DNA from: Chiloscyllium plagiosum
Lineage: Eukaryota
Direction of reading: 5' to 3'
Length of the DNA: 64,000 bases
NCBI RefSeq assembly: GCF_004010195.1
Contig: NC_057718.1
Location: 46,373,236 to 46,437,235 of the forward strand
The notes under the pieces were generated by a model. It saw only the letters and a program-made list of their open reading frames with translations, did no database searches and had not been told where the DNA came from. Positions 53,211 through 64,000 of the stretch are shown here, piece by piece. Positions within the stretch are counted from its first letter, which is position 1, and each line of letters begins with the position of its first letter. Made by a program: the position numbers and the translations under genes.

Positions 53211-53859
53211 GTGAGGTGAAGTCCAGTAATGCTACAGCAGTTGAAATAGGTTTTAGTAATGATGTCAGAGAACATGGTCAGAAGCTCAACCTGGAGCCGA
53301 ATAAGGCACTTGGAAGAAACAAGACGACAGCAAGGGAGCATTTGAAGGATTTCAATGTCCACTCTATAAGCAGCTTTGTCGCTCTATAACTGGTACCTGC
53401 AAGACCAAACCGACAGCTGTTGGCAAGAGAACCAATGCAATGAATTTCATCCTCACCAGTCTACCTGTTGCAGATGTATATCTACAACTATATTAGTAGG
53501 AGTGACCAATGTAATGACCTAGTCAAGAGAAAATTCCCTCAGAGGGAACCCTCCATTGTATTGTGTAACATTACTGCCACATTAAATAAAATAAATTCAG
53601 ATCAGATCTAGCAGCTCAAATCTGGTCATTCCCACATAGAGTAGGCTGTCAGAGACAGGTGGACTTCAACCTAGACTTTTGTTTTGCCGATCTTGTGACA
53701 CTACCACTGTGCCACAAACTCCAAACGGTAACCTGGCATACCACCTCACCCCACCATTACCATCAATGGAAGTGTGTGCCAGAATTCAGCTAGAAGCACC
53801 TAAAGGATGATGCACTTCAGCCTCCTCCCAGGGCCCTCAACATCCCAGAAGCCCAGTAG

Positions 53860-54420
53860 CTACAACAGCAGGTCAGAGACTACAAATCCAGCAGTGTGTT
53901 AATCACCTCCTGAAACCCTGAAGCCTGTCCGCCACCTACAAGACACAAGTCAGGAGTGCGATGGGATACTCCCCTCTTGTCTGGATAAGTGCAACTCCAA
54001 CCACATTCAAGAAGCTTGATACCATCCAGGATAAAGCAGCCCGCATGACTGGCACCACATCCACTCCCTCCACCACTGACACTCAATAGCAACAATGTGT
54101 ACATTCTAGAAGATGCGCTGCAGAAATTCACCAAGGATCCTTTCACATACATGACCACTTACATCTAGAAGGACAAGGGCAGCAGATACATGGAAACATC
54201 GCCACCACCAGCTGCAAAATTCTCTTCTCAGTAATTCATTATCTTAACTTGGAAATATATCCCTGTTTCTTCACTGTCATTGGATCAAATTCCTCTAACT
54301 CCCTCCCCATGACACTAGTGATTCAAGGCTGTTCACCATCAACTTTTCAAGGACAGCGAGGTATGGACGATAAATGCTGGTCCAGGTGGTGACACACATC
54401 CTATGTAGGATAAAAAATAA
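53860..54420 (+). mobile_element. CR1/Jockey-group LINE 3' fragment
   Basis: Homologous to 21270-21810. Confidence 0.8.
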
Positions 54421-54455
54421 TCTTCATCTAATTCATTCACTGAACATACTAAATA

Positions 54456-54614
54456 CAGAGGAACCTCTATTATCCGGCATTCAATTATCCGAATTTCGGT
54501 TTATCCGGCAAAATCGTAGGGTCCCAATGCTCGGCTAAACTAAGTTATCTGGCATTCGATTAACCAAATGAAGTACTCCCCGCCCGTGTCCTTTGGATAA
54601 TCGAGGTTCCTCTG
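54456..54614. mobile_element. Tc1/mariner-type MITE with TA TSD
   Basis: TIRs cagaggaacctctattatcc / ggataatcgaggttcctctg (19/20), flanked by TA at 54454-54455 and 54615-54616. Confidence 0.9.
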
Positions 54615-55224
54615 TATAACAAAGGTTGTAGGTCTGGACAAAATCATGCTGTTGCTGCTGTGAAGACTTGTGCTCCAGAACTAGCTACGCCAAGCTTACT
54701 CAATACAACTACAACACAGCCTTGAAACTTACTCAAAGTGGAAAACTGCCCAGGTACATCTTTCGGGAATCAAGGGTTATGGTGAGAGGATGGCTCAGTA
54801 TAGACAAAGCAGAAAATCAACTGTTATCAGATCGAGGGTTTGTAGGGTCAACTCCTTCTATTTCCTAGGCTCTTATATAATGTTCTGTCTACGAAAAAAG
54901 GGCAAATGCAATCCAGACAATTACTGTCACATAATCCACTCTTAATCAATGTAATATTAGAGGACAGCAATAGGAAACAGGCCCCTCTGTTTCTAAACGG
55001 GAAGAAACTAATCCTGAGGTTTGGGAAATCAAAATTTGGAAATCTAGGCACACTGAAGCTGATTGCTATAATGTGAATTGTCCTTGCTTTGTTTAATGTG
55101 TTCTATACAAATTAATGTCTTTTGTTTTATTCAAACTAAAAAGTTAAATTTTGTGGCACAGGTCTATTGGTTAAAACAAACAAGGGTATTCAGGTTTCTC
55201 TGCTCCATAACAATTGAGAAGAGG

Positions 55225-57620
55225 GCTGAATCACAGAGGGGAGGTGAAAGTACTTGTCCTCGACATCAAAGCAATATTTGACTGAATGAAGCATTAAGCA
55301 GCCCTACCAAAATGAAGTTAAATCAGAATCAGGGTAAACTCTCCAATGTCTGGAGTCACAAGGAAGGTGGTTATGGTTATTGTAAACCAATCAGCACAGC
55401 CCTAGAACATCACTGCAGGAGTCTCTCAGGGCATCACCCTAGACCGAACCATACAGTCACAGAGTCAGATGTACAGCATGGAAACAGACCCTTCGGTCCA
55501 ACCCGTCCATGCCGACCAGATATCCCAATCCAATCTAGTCCCACCTGCCAGCACCCGGCCCATATCCCTCCAAACCCTTCCTATTCATATACCCATCCAA
55601 ATGCCTCTTAAATGTTGCAATTGTACCAGCCTCCACCACATCCTCTGGCAGCTCATTCCATACACGTACCACCCTCTGCGTGAAAAAGTTGCCCCTTAGG
55701 TCTCTTTTATATCTTTCCCCTCTCACCCTAAACCTATGTCCTCCAGTTCTGGTCTCCCCGACCCCAGGGAAAAAAAACTGTCTATTTATCCTAACCATGC
55801 TCCTCAATTTTATAAATCTCTACAAGGTCGCCCCTCAGCCTCTGATGCTCCAGGGAAAACAGCCTCAGCGTAGTCAACCTCTCCCTATAGCTCAAATCCT
55901 CAAACCATGGCAACATCCTTGTAAATCTTTTCTGAACCTTTTCAAGTTTCACATCTTTCCGATAGGAAGGAGACCAGAATTGCACAATATTCCAACAGTG
56001 GCCGAACCAATGTCCTGTACAGCCACATCATGACCTCCCAACACCTGTACTCAATACTCTGACCAATAAAGGAAAGCATACCAAACACCTTCTTCACTAT
56101 CCTAGCTAGCTGCAACTCCACTTTCAATGAGCTAGCACCCTGTACTCCAAGATCTCTCTGTTCAGCAACACTCCCTAGGACCTTACCACTAAGTGCATAA
56201 GTCTTACTAAGATTTGTTTTCCCAAAAAGCAGCATCGCACATTTATTAAAATTAAACTCTTTCTGCCACTTCTCAGCCCACGGGACCATCTGATCAAGAT
56301 CCCATTATAATCTGAGGTAACTGTCTTGCCTGTCCAATACACCTCCAATTTTGGTGTCATCTGCAAACTTACTAACTATACCTCTTATACTCACATCCAA
56401 ATCATTTATAAATGATGAAAAGTAGTGAACCCAGCACTGAACCTTGTGGCACTCCACCGGTCACAGGCCTCCAGTCTGAAAAACAACCCTCCACCACCAC
56501 CCTCTGTCTTCTACCTTTGAGCCACTTCTGTATCCAAATGGCTAGTTCTCCCTGTATTCCATGAGATCTAACCTTGCTAAGCAGTCTCCCATGGGGAATC
56601 TTATTGAACGCCTTACTGAAGTCCATGTAGATCACATCTACTGCTCTGCCCTCATCAATCCTCTTTGTCACTTCTTCAAAAACCTCAATCACATTCATGA
56701 GTGAATGTTTTCCCACACACAAAGCCATGTTGACTATCCCTAATTAGTCCTTGCCTTTCCAAATATATGTACATCTTGTCCCTCAAGATTCCCTCCAACA
56801 ACTTGCCCATTACCAACACCAATCTTTAATTACTTTATCAATATTCTTCCCTCAATCATCAAATTATAAATGGGGATGTTTACCAATGGCTGAAGAGAAT
56901 TCTATTTCACTCTTCTGGTAATGAAGTAGTTTATGTTCATGTGCAGCAAGCCCTGGTCGACATTCCACCTTGAGCTCAGAAGTTGCCAGTGAATACATTA
57001 GTGCCAGACAATGAATACTGCCAAGGTGATGGGATCTATCCACACACCCACCTCACCCTGAATTAACATTTAACAATATTATTACACAATCCTGCATTAT
57101 CAACATCCTAGTGTCATTACTGACCAGAAGCATACATCCTGCATTTACAAGAGCAAGTCAAAGACTGGGTATTCTGTAATGAGGACCCCATCTCCTGACC
57201 CCCAAAGCCTGTCAACATCTTCAAAGCACAATTCAGAAATTCAACATCATGAGCAAAAAGCAGTCCAAATGACTGGCACCCTGACCACCACAGGCACCCA
57301 ATGGTTTCAATGCGTGCCATTTATAAGGTGCATCAAAGCAGCCTGCCAAGGCTATCTGACATCATCAAAACTCACAACCTTTACCATCCAGAAGCTCAGG
57401 CAGCAGACGCATGGGAATACAATCATCTGAAGCTCCCACAGTTCTTGAAATATATTGTTGTACCTTGATCATCATCCAAGTCAAAATCCGGAATCTCGTT
57501 ATCCCACAATATTGTGGGAATACCTCACCACATGGAATGCAGTGATACAAGATGTCAGCTCATCACCACGTTCTTATGGGCAATTAGTGATGGTCCTGCT
57601 AGCCCGTGGACAATGAATGG
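55225..57620 (+). mobile_element. Old CR1/Jockey-group LINE interrupted by the HER1 copy
   Basis: 55225-55450 (LDIKA...GVSQG-like) continues at 56820-57620 into the shared 3' UTR. Confidence 0.65.
55454..56815 (-). mobile_element. CR1 (HER1-like) 1.36-kb copy with RT domain
   Basis: FEEVTKRIDEGRAVDVIYMDFSKAFNKIPHGRL...GVPQGSVLG, KFADDTK, and the 3' end. Confidence 0.93.
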
Positions 57621-60224
57621 ATTAAAATTAAACTCTTCTGAGACAGGTTAGAGAATATTTTAATGAAAATCTAAATATTCCCCTTCGCTATATCCTCTTT
57701 ACAACTTTGAAAAAGTTAACATTTGTTAAACATGATTTCCTTTTTACAAATCCATGTTGACTCTGTCCAATCATATGATGATTTTCTAGATGCCGTGTTA
57801 CCAGCTCTGGATGTGAAAGCTGCGGTTTTCAGTGATTAAAAATTCACTGCTGATGAGAAAACAGACTGCTGATCAGCAGCTTCCTTCCAGCTTTGAATCC
57901 CAACATGGAAGGTCTCCAACATGCTGCTGGCATGGGACAAAGAATGAAGATTTCTCTTAATTCAAAAGGCTACTACATATTCAAAGCCGGTTGCTACTTC
58001 TTCACTCGCTCACCTTCCCCCAGCTACTACAACCAAATAATAATCCCTTTCAATTTACTTCCTTTCTAATATCTTTCAGAACCCCAAACATAAAACTGCT
58101 ATTGCAAAAAATTGATTTTCTAACATATTGCTTCTTCCAGACAGAGTTTCATGAGTATCTTGGATTCTCAACAGCCCGACACCTGTAGGATGCAAAATGG
58201 TCTACACCCACATCACAGCAGTGCTCTCATTGACACGAGTTAATGCACCTTGCTCCTTCCTTTGCACTAGAGCTCTCAAAGCCTGAAACATCTGTCCACC
58301 AAAAATCTGCCTCAAACCAGACAGATGACGTGGGACCAAAACTCATTCCATTCTCCGTAACTAATACTGCTCCATTTTCAGACACAAACATGGCAATTAC
58401 AAGGCCAATACTGGCTCTAACATTTTCAAATGCAGTGTAAGTGGAGAATTTAGGTAAACAAAACCGATTTGATCAAAATGTGGTGGTGCTACATGGATAG
58501 CTGTACAAATTGGATCAGTCTCCATTTTGAAGAGAGGAAAGCAGCCATTTATTCTTATTGGTCGAACTGCAAGCTAAAGAATGGAGGCCTCTGAGAAGAG
58601 AACATGTTCCCAACACAGGGATATCAGAAAGGGAATAATACGACTCTCAGGGTTTCACCTTTGATCATTATTAAGTGACTTGAATCTCGATTGCTGTATG
58701 ACAATGATCCCACAACACTAGCTTTTCAATGTGTGACAAGCCACCGTTGCTGTTGCTTGTGACGGAGTCATTAATACTGCAATTCTGAGTTGTTTTTAAA
58801 AAAAGGTGTCTTCGCTGATTAAGGTGAAATGATTCTCCTGCGATTTGCCATTTTTAATGCTGGCAGAGTGGTCAGCCTGCACTGTTAATTCTACTGACTC
58901 TCTAACCCATCTCTTTTCCCAGGTAGTTGACTAATTGTGATCTGCTTGTCACTGCATTTAATCTAAAAGTAAACTGGATAACTGGGGTTGTGGGGGGCGG
59001 GGAGCTAACATCTGGTAAACCCTTTTAATATAAATTCAACCCTATCTTCTAAATGAGAGAAGTGTTATATTACCTTTTTTAAAATCATGGTACACCATAG
59101 CTAAATGTTGCCTGTTCAAAGAAATAAATCCACAAAACAAATGGATTTACAAATAAAGCACATTGAGCAACTGAACAGCACCTCACCATAAGATGCTAAT
59201 TATGAGGATTGATGCCTTTGAATTAATCAAAGTATTCGCATCTTTTACAATAATTCACATCTGGTGATTTTTGTTGCGTGAATATGGGTCATTGTCAAAT
59301 TATTAATAGTACAGACTACAGGACTAAAGGGTACAAGGTCACCTTAAACACAGAATGTGCTGTCATCTGAATAGTAGTCATTTAATGGGGGAGGTGCAGT
59401 TAACATATTTAGAAACTTCACATAAGATAGTATCAGGCTGCATACATGGTCTTACAAATATTCGGCTTTTATTCTCTGCCTTACTTCCCCTGTCCAGATA
59501 TTTGTATCTCTGCATATAACAGCGTTGAAAAAAAAAAATTCATGACATAAATCTGCAAGATGGATGTGAACATGATTCCTTAGAATTGCTATGGATCTGG
59601 ATTTCAGCACTTGTTGGGAGTTTTAAAAAAAATAAACCAGAACTAATACAACATTCCCATTTGGACAAGAAATGAGCCTTCTGCATTTAAGTATTTAATC
59701 CCAAGTCAATCTGTAACTTCTTTAGTCCAGTCAATCATTTACTTGAAGGCTATTGTGCTTGCAGTTCTTTTCAGAGGACACCATTTGTATGCCTTGCTGC
59801 TAAGGATTTCATCAGCAGTGCATGACATCTCCTGCAGGTCAGTTGCTTATATTACAGTTCTTTCCATAGAAGTATGCTGACTCTAATTCATGTTAACATA
59901 CTGTCACGTTTGGCAACAAGACCCTATTTAGCTGTCCTCACCAATTATCAGAAAATATTCCTCAAAATCAATCAGTTTCAATCCACCTGTGCGCACAGAT
60001 GAAAATGGAGACTCCAGAAAAATCAATACTGCTGACAAATTTCAGACCAGTTTAAATGAATGGCACAAAATAAATGTAGAACATGCAAATTAAACAAAAT
60101 ACTGAATAAATCTGAATAATAGTCCAATTAGCCAGTAAGTTAATACAACCCAAATTAACTTGTCAGTATCGCAAATCCTGAATTACTATATAATGCCTGG
60201 CCAATGGCAACATTTTGGGGATTA

Positions 60225-60810
60225 GCATTAACCAAAAACTGAACTGGACTAGCCACATAAACTCAGTGGCTACAACAGCTGGTCAGAGGCTAGGAATACT
60301 GCAGGGAGTAATTCACCTCCTGACTCTCCAGTACCTGTCCACACCTACAAGGCTCAAGTAAAGAATAAAATTGAATGCTTCACAACTACCTGAATGGATG
60401 GAGCTCTAACAAAATTCAAGCAGCTCGACACCACCCAGGACAAACCAGCCCACTTGAACAGCATCACATGTATCGCTGAGGTTCAGTGGCAGCAATCTGA
60501 ACAGCAGTAACAGACCTAGGGCCCTCAGATAGCACCTTCTAAACCTGTGACGTTCACCAGCTAGAAGGACAACAGCAATAGGTACATGGGAACATCACCA
60601 CCTGCAGGTTCACTATCCTGACGTGGATATAGACTGCCATTCCCGCAGAGCTACTGGGTTAAACTTCTGGAACTTCCTTTTCCGAACAGCAATATGGATG
60701 TCCCTAAACACCTAGGACTCCAGTGGTTCAAGAAGGCAGGTCAATACCACCTTCCTCATGGCAGTTAGGAATCGCTAACCACCAGCATTCCATGGATGAA
60801 CAAAAACAAA
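60225..60810 (+). mobile_element. CR1/Jockey-group LINE 3' fragment
   Basis: aactgaactggactagccacataaa...cagtggttcaagaaggcag, homologous to 20960-21760. Confidence 0.8.
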
Positions 60811-62994
60811 AGGACTGCTTTTGATCATATGACTTTTATTTGGTCTTCCAATAGCTGGAGCAAACAAAAGTCTTGTTACCTTACAGCATAAAAGTAGCCA
60901 AGTGAGGAGAGTATTTTTAGGCAGAGGATTAAGTGATAATCAATTAGAACAGAATAAATGGAAATGTAATCAACAAAATAATGTAACTGATCCAGTAACT
61001 AAAATGTTGCCTGAAACACTAAAGCACGAGAGACAGAGTTTCCGACAGCTCTGGGATACTGACATGAGGAAGGGGGAAATCACACACAGTGGTGACTTTC
61101 TCTGAACAGACTCTTTTGTGATCCAAAGGTAGCTCACAGTGTGGGTGAGGATAGCAAGAGGCCTCTCACATCTGGGAGGGAGCACAATAGGAAGCATGTT
61201 AGCATGAGAGACACTGCTCTTCCAGGTAAGTGAGGGAGAAGATGTCTCGAGATGAAGAGATGCTCTCTCCAACTGTGTAAGCTCTTCAATAAAAACTGAA
61301 TCAGAAGCCAGGCCCTCAATGCAGAAAGGGAGCCTGAGCTTGCAACTGTTCCTAAAACCCTGGACCAGGAACCTACTACCTCAAGAACGATGGGCAGTCT
61401 CTCAACAATGTGCCTTAAGTTGCTCAGTGAGCCACGTGAGACTTGGAAGCAGTGGCTGACTTTGGAAGTAATAAAATAAAAGGGCACATTTCTAAAAAGG
61501 GGTTCTGCAAGCAGAGTGTGCCCCAACGTTTTTGTGCACAAATCATTCACAGAACAGCTGGAGAAAGAGGTTAAAATGACATGTGCAAAGTGGCAAGGGG
61601 CGTGCATGTGTGCGTTTTTGGGTAGGGTGGAGACAGAGGAGGAGAAGGAGACAGAGACAGCAAGCAGGAGAATGGACACTGTGGGCAGGTGGCAGGGAGA
61701 GAGGTGTGTGCATGTGGATCTGTGTGGGTGCAGCAGGCAGACAGGAGAAACACAGTGTACAGGGGAAAGGGAGGTGGCTGGGCTGAAGCAGCATCCAGAG
61801 GGGACAGAGGCAGCAAGTAGTGGAATAGAAACAGCTAGCTGGGGAGATATTGAGCTGAAGGTTGGAAGCAGCAAAGACGGATGTCAGTAATTAATTAGGA
61901 GTTTGTAAGAGGACATTTAGGCCAGACAACATCTAAGCTAATGATTTTACACAATTAAAGGAAGGTCTATCCCAAAGACATTCAACATATTAAAAAACAC
62001 GTGTGTTTTTAGGGAGTTTGAGAAGAGTTTTGGTTTCCTAGCCCCGACCTCCAAATCAGAGTCGAGTTTCTCCAGCAAACTGTTTCAGATTTCCAGCAAG
62101 TGCGGTCTTTGGCCTTTATTCCCCAAATAATAAAGGAAGTTTATCACTTGCAAACATTGCTACAAAGTATTTGTTCAGTGTTCCCACCAATGTTTTTATT
62201 GTCGACTAACTCACCATCCTCTCAAGCATCACTTCAGTTCATATTTGTTTTTACAAGGTTATTTGTGTGTTCTGAGACTCTTTCCTCCTTATCCTCTGCT
62301 TAACCCATTTCTAATGTTCTTTTATTATCCCAAAGGTTCCACATGTCTGTATTCAAACTAAAATGAAATTAAAACATCCTAAAATCTGTGAATTAGATTC
62401 CACCTTTCTCATTCACACCTTAATTATAAATTGAAAATAATTGAAGCATTGAGGCCATTTTGCTTTTGGATGAATGTAGAGACGGGGACAATATGGAAAT
62501 CAGCCACCCATGGCATCTCAAGTTAGCAGAAAATCAGAAATGACAAATAATAAGTGACTGATTCAACATTTTACACCATAACTCAAAGTCAAAATCACTC
62601 TAGTTATTACATTCAAAATACTTAGAACAAGATAGTGACCATCTGACTAGCCATTGAACTTAAAGTGGTGTCAAATCCAAACCAAACACATGAAATCACA
62701 ATCACTAATCTCTCAGGTAATCCTCTCCATGATTCCAGCTGAGAAAGATCCTGTCACACTCCCCTCGTGCACCTCTTCACCCAAAGCAAACTGCTTCCCA
62801 ATCACCTGATGAGCAATTCTTGACCAAATGTTCCCAATAAATAATCTTATTTCCTATTCTTATCTATACACTGGTTTCTAATCCACTGCCATTTACCTGC
62901 AATGCTGTAGTTCATTGAAAATATACTCAATTTCCCATGCAAAGCAATTCCCAAAATCAACCCCATCGCACCCAACAGATAACTTTAGATTTTT

Positions 62995-63810
62995 TTTTTA
63001 TTCAGTCCTGAGACATGAGCGCCACTGGCTGGCCACTATTTATTGTATGTCCCCAGTTGCTCTTAAGGTAGTGGTTAGCTGCCTTGAACCACTACAGCCC
63101 ACGTGGTGTAGGTTGATCTAAAATGCCTTATGGAAGGAATTCCAATGACAGGGAGGGAACAGCGATATATTTCCAAGTCAAGATGGTGAGTGGCTTGAAG
63201 GGGAACTTGAAAGGGGTGGTGTTCATGTCATTCAGAATAATGGCATCATTAAGCACTAGAGGCTATTACTGTGGGTGAATTCACATGCGGCTTCAGACAG
63301 GAAATGAAACTAATTAATTATAGGATAAAACGCCCACACACTTAATTGGAAGTAAGCAACAGCAAAAGATATCAACTACTCTTGTCCTTCTAGATGGAAG
63401 TAATCATGGTTTTGGAAGTTGCTGAATAAGAATTTTTGGTGAATTTCTGCAGTACATCTTGCAGATAGTACACTCTGCTGCTACTGAGCATCGGCAGTGG
63501 AGGGAGTGGATGCTTATGGGTGTAGCGCCAATAAAGCAGACTGCTTTGTCCTGGATGGCATCAAGCTTCTTACATGTTGTTGGAGGCAAGTGGGGAGTAT
63601 TTCCTCACACACCTGACTTGTGCCTTGTAGATGATGGACAGACTTTGGGGAGTCAGAATGTGAGCTACTCGCCACAGTATTCCTAGCCTCTGACCTGCTC
63701 TTGCAGCCTCTGTGTTTATGCGGAAAGTCCAGTTGATTTCCTGGTCAACACAGTAACCGCCAGGATGTTGATAGAGTGGGATTCAGTGATGGGAACACCA
63801 GTGAATGTCA
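62995..63810 (-). mobile_element. CR1/Jockey-group LINE 3' fragment with an internal ~140-bp insert
   Basis: ORF 63404-63589 KKLDAIQDKAVCFIG...HSLHCRCSVAAECTICKM. Confidence 0.8.
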
Positions 63811-64000
63811 AATCTGGCCATCTGCTTTTCTGGTGAAATTTGCATTGTTTGGGCCTAAGTGTACATAACGAATTGATCAAGTTTCTGGTCAGTGACAGAG
63901 ATCTCCATTAGCTCCTGAAAATGATTCATGAAAAATGAGTGTTCTGATCTTTTGTTTCCTTGACTTACCTGTAACTTAATTTTAAGTACAAATACAGTTT

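Larger units (their letters stand above)
52470..53330 (-). mobile_element. L2-like LINE fragment interrupted by a PLE hairpin
   Basis: ggaaattccagagcctaaggccc; ggtcagaagctcaacctggagc; continues across the TSD gtgaggtgaag. Confidence 0.55.

Noticed and set aside
61170..61200. Minus-strand YCAP as the missing upstream RPS6KC1 exon
   Set aside because: In-frame TAA four codons upstream, no donor site after it and no GHIQLTYF-like sequence.
63961..64000. Minus-strand donor-like CAG|GTAAGT at the window end
   Set aside because: No frame gives the expected ...YCAP(E) sequence; cannot be assigned.
1..64000. CRISPR arrays, operons or other prokaryotic systems
   Set aside because: The sequence is eukaryotic with spliced exons and vertebrate retroelements; no regularly spaced repeat-spacer array seen.

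Overview
Vertebrate genomic DNA, almost certainly from a shark: the repeats match elasmobranch HE1 SINE / HER1 CR1-LINE, Deu-domain SINE and Penelope families. The only host gene I can support is the 3' end of RPS6KC1 on the minus strand, as three coding exons (40574-40656, 40382-40477, 36531-36641, stop TAA). 40657-64000 looks like one long intron and 1-36,000 is 3' flank, probably the PROX1-side gene desert if human synteny holds. The rest is a dense, nested layer of decayed transposons: CR1/HER1, a second CR1/Jockey-group LINE, L2-like, Rex1/Babar, a near full-length L1 with TSD, Penelope-like elements (PLEs), a Gypsy remnant apparently lacking RT/RNase H, Tc1/mariner MITEs, Harbinger-like remnants and SINEs. 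The most interesting signal is a family of short (130-230 bp), mostly palindromic, TSD-flanked PLE-derived elements carrying minimal hammerhead ribozyme cores (CTGA-N-GA...GAAACGTH), some with a core on each strand. Repeat family names come from recalled motifs, not a database search, and many repeat boundaries are approximate.
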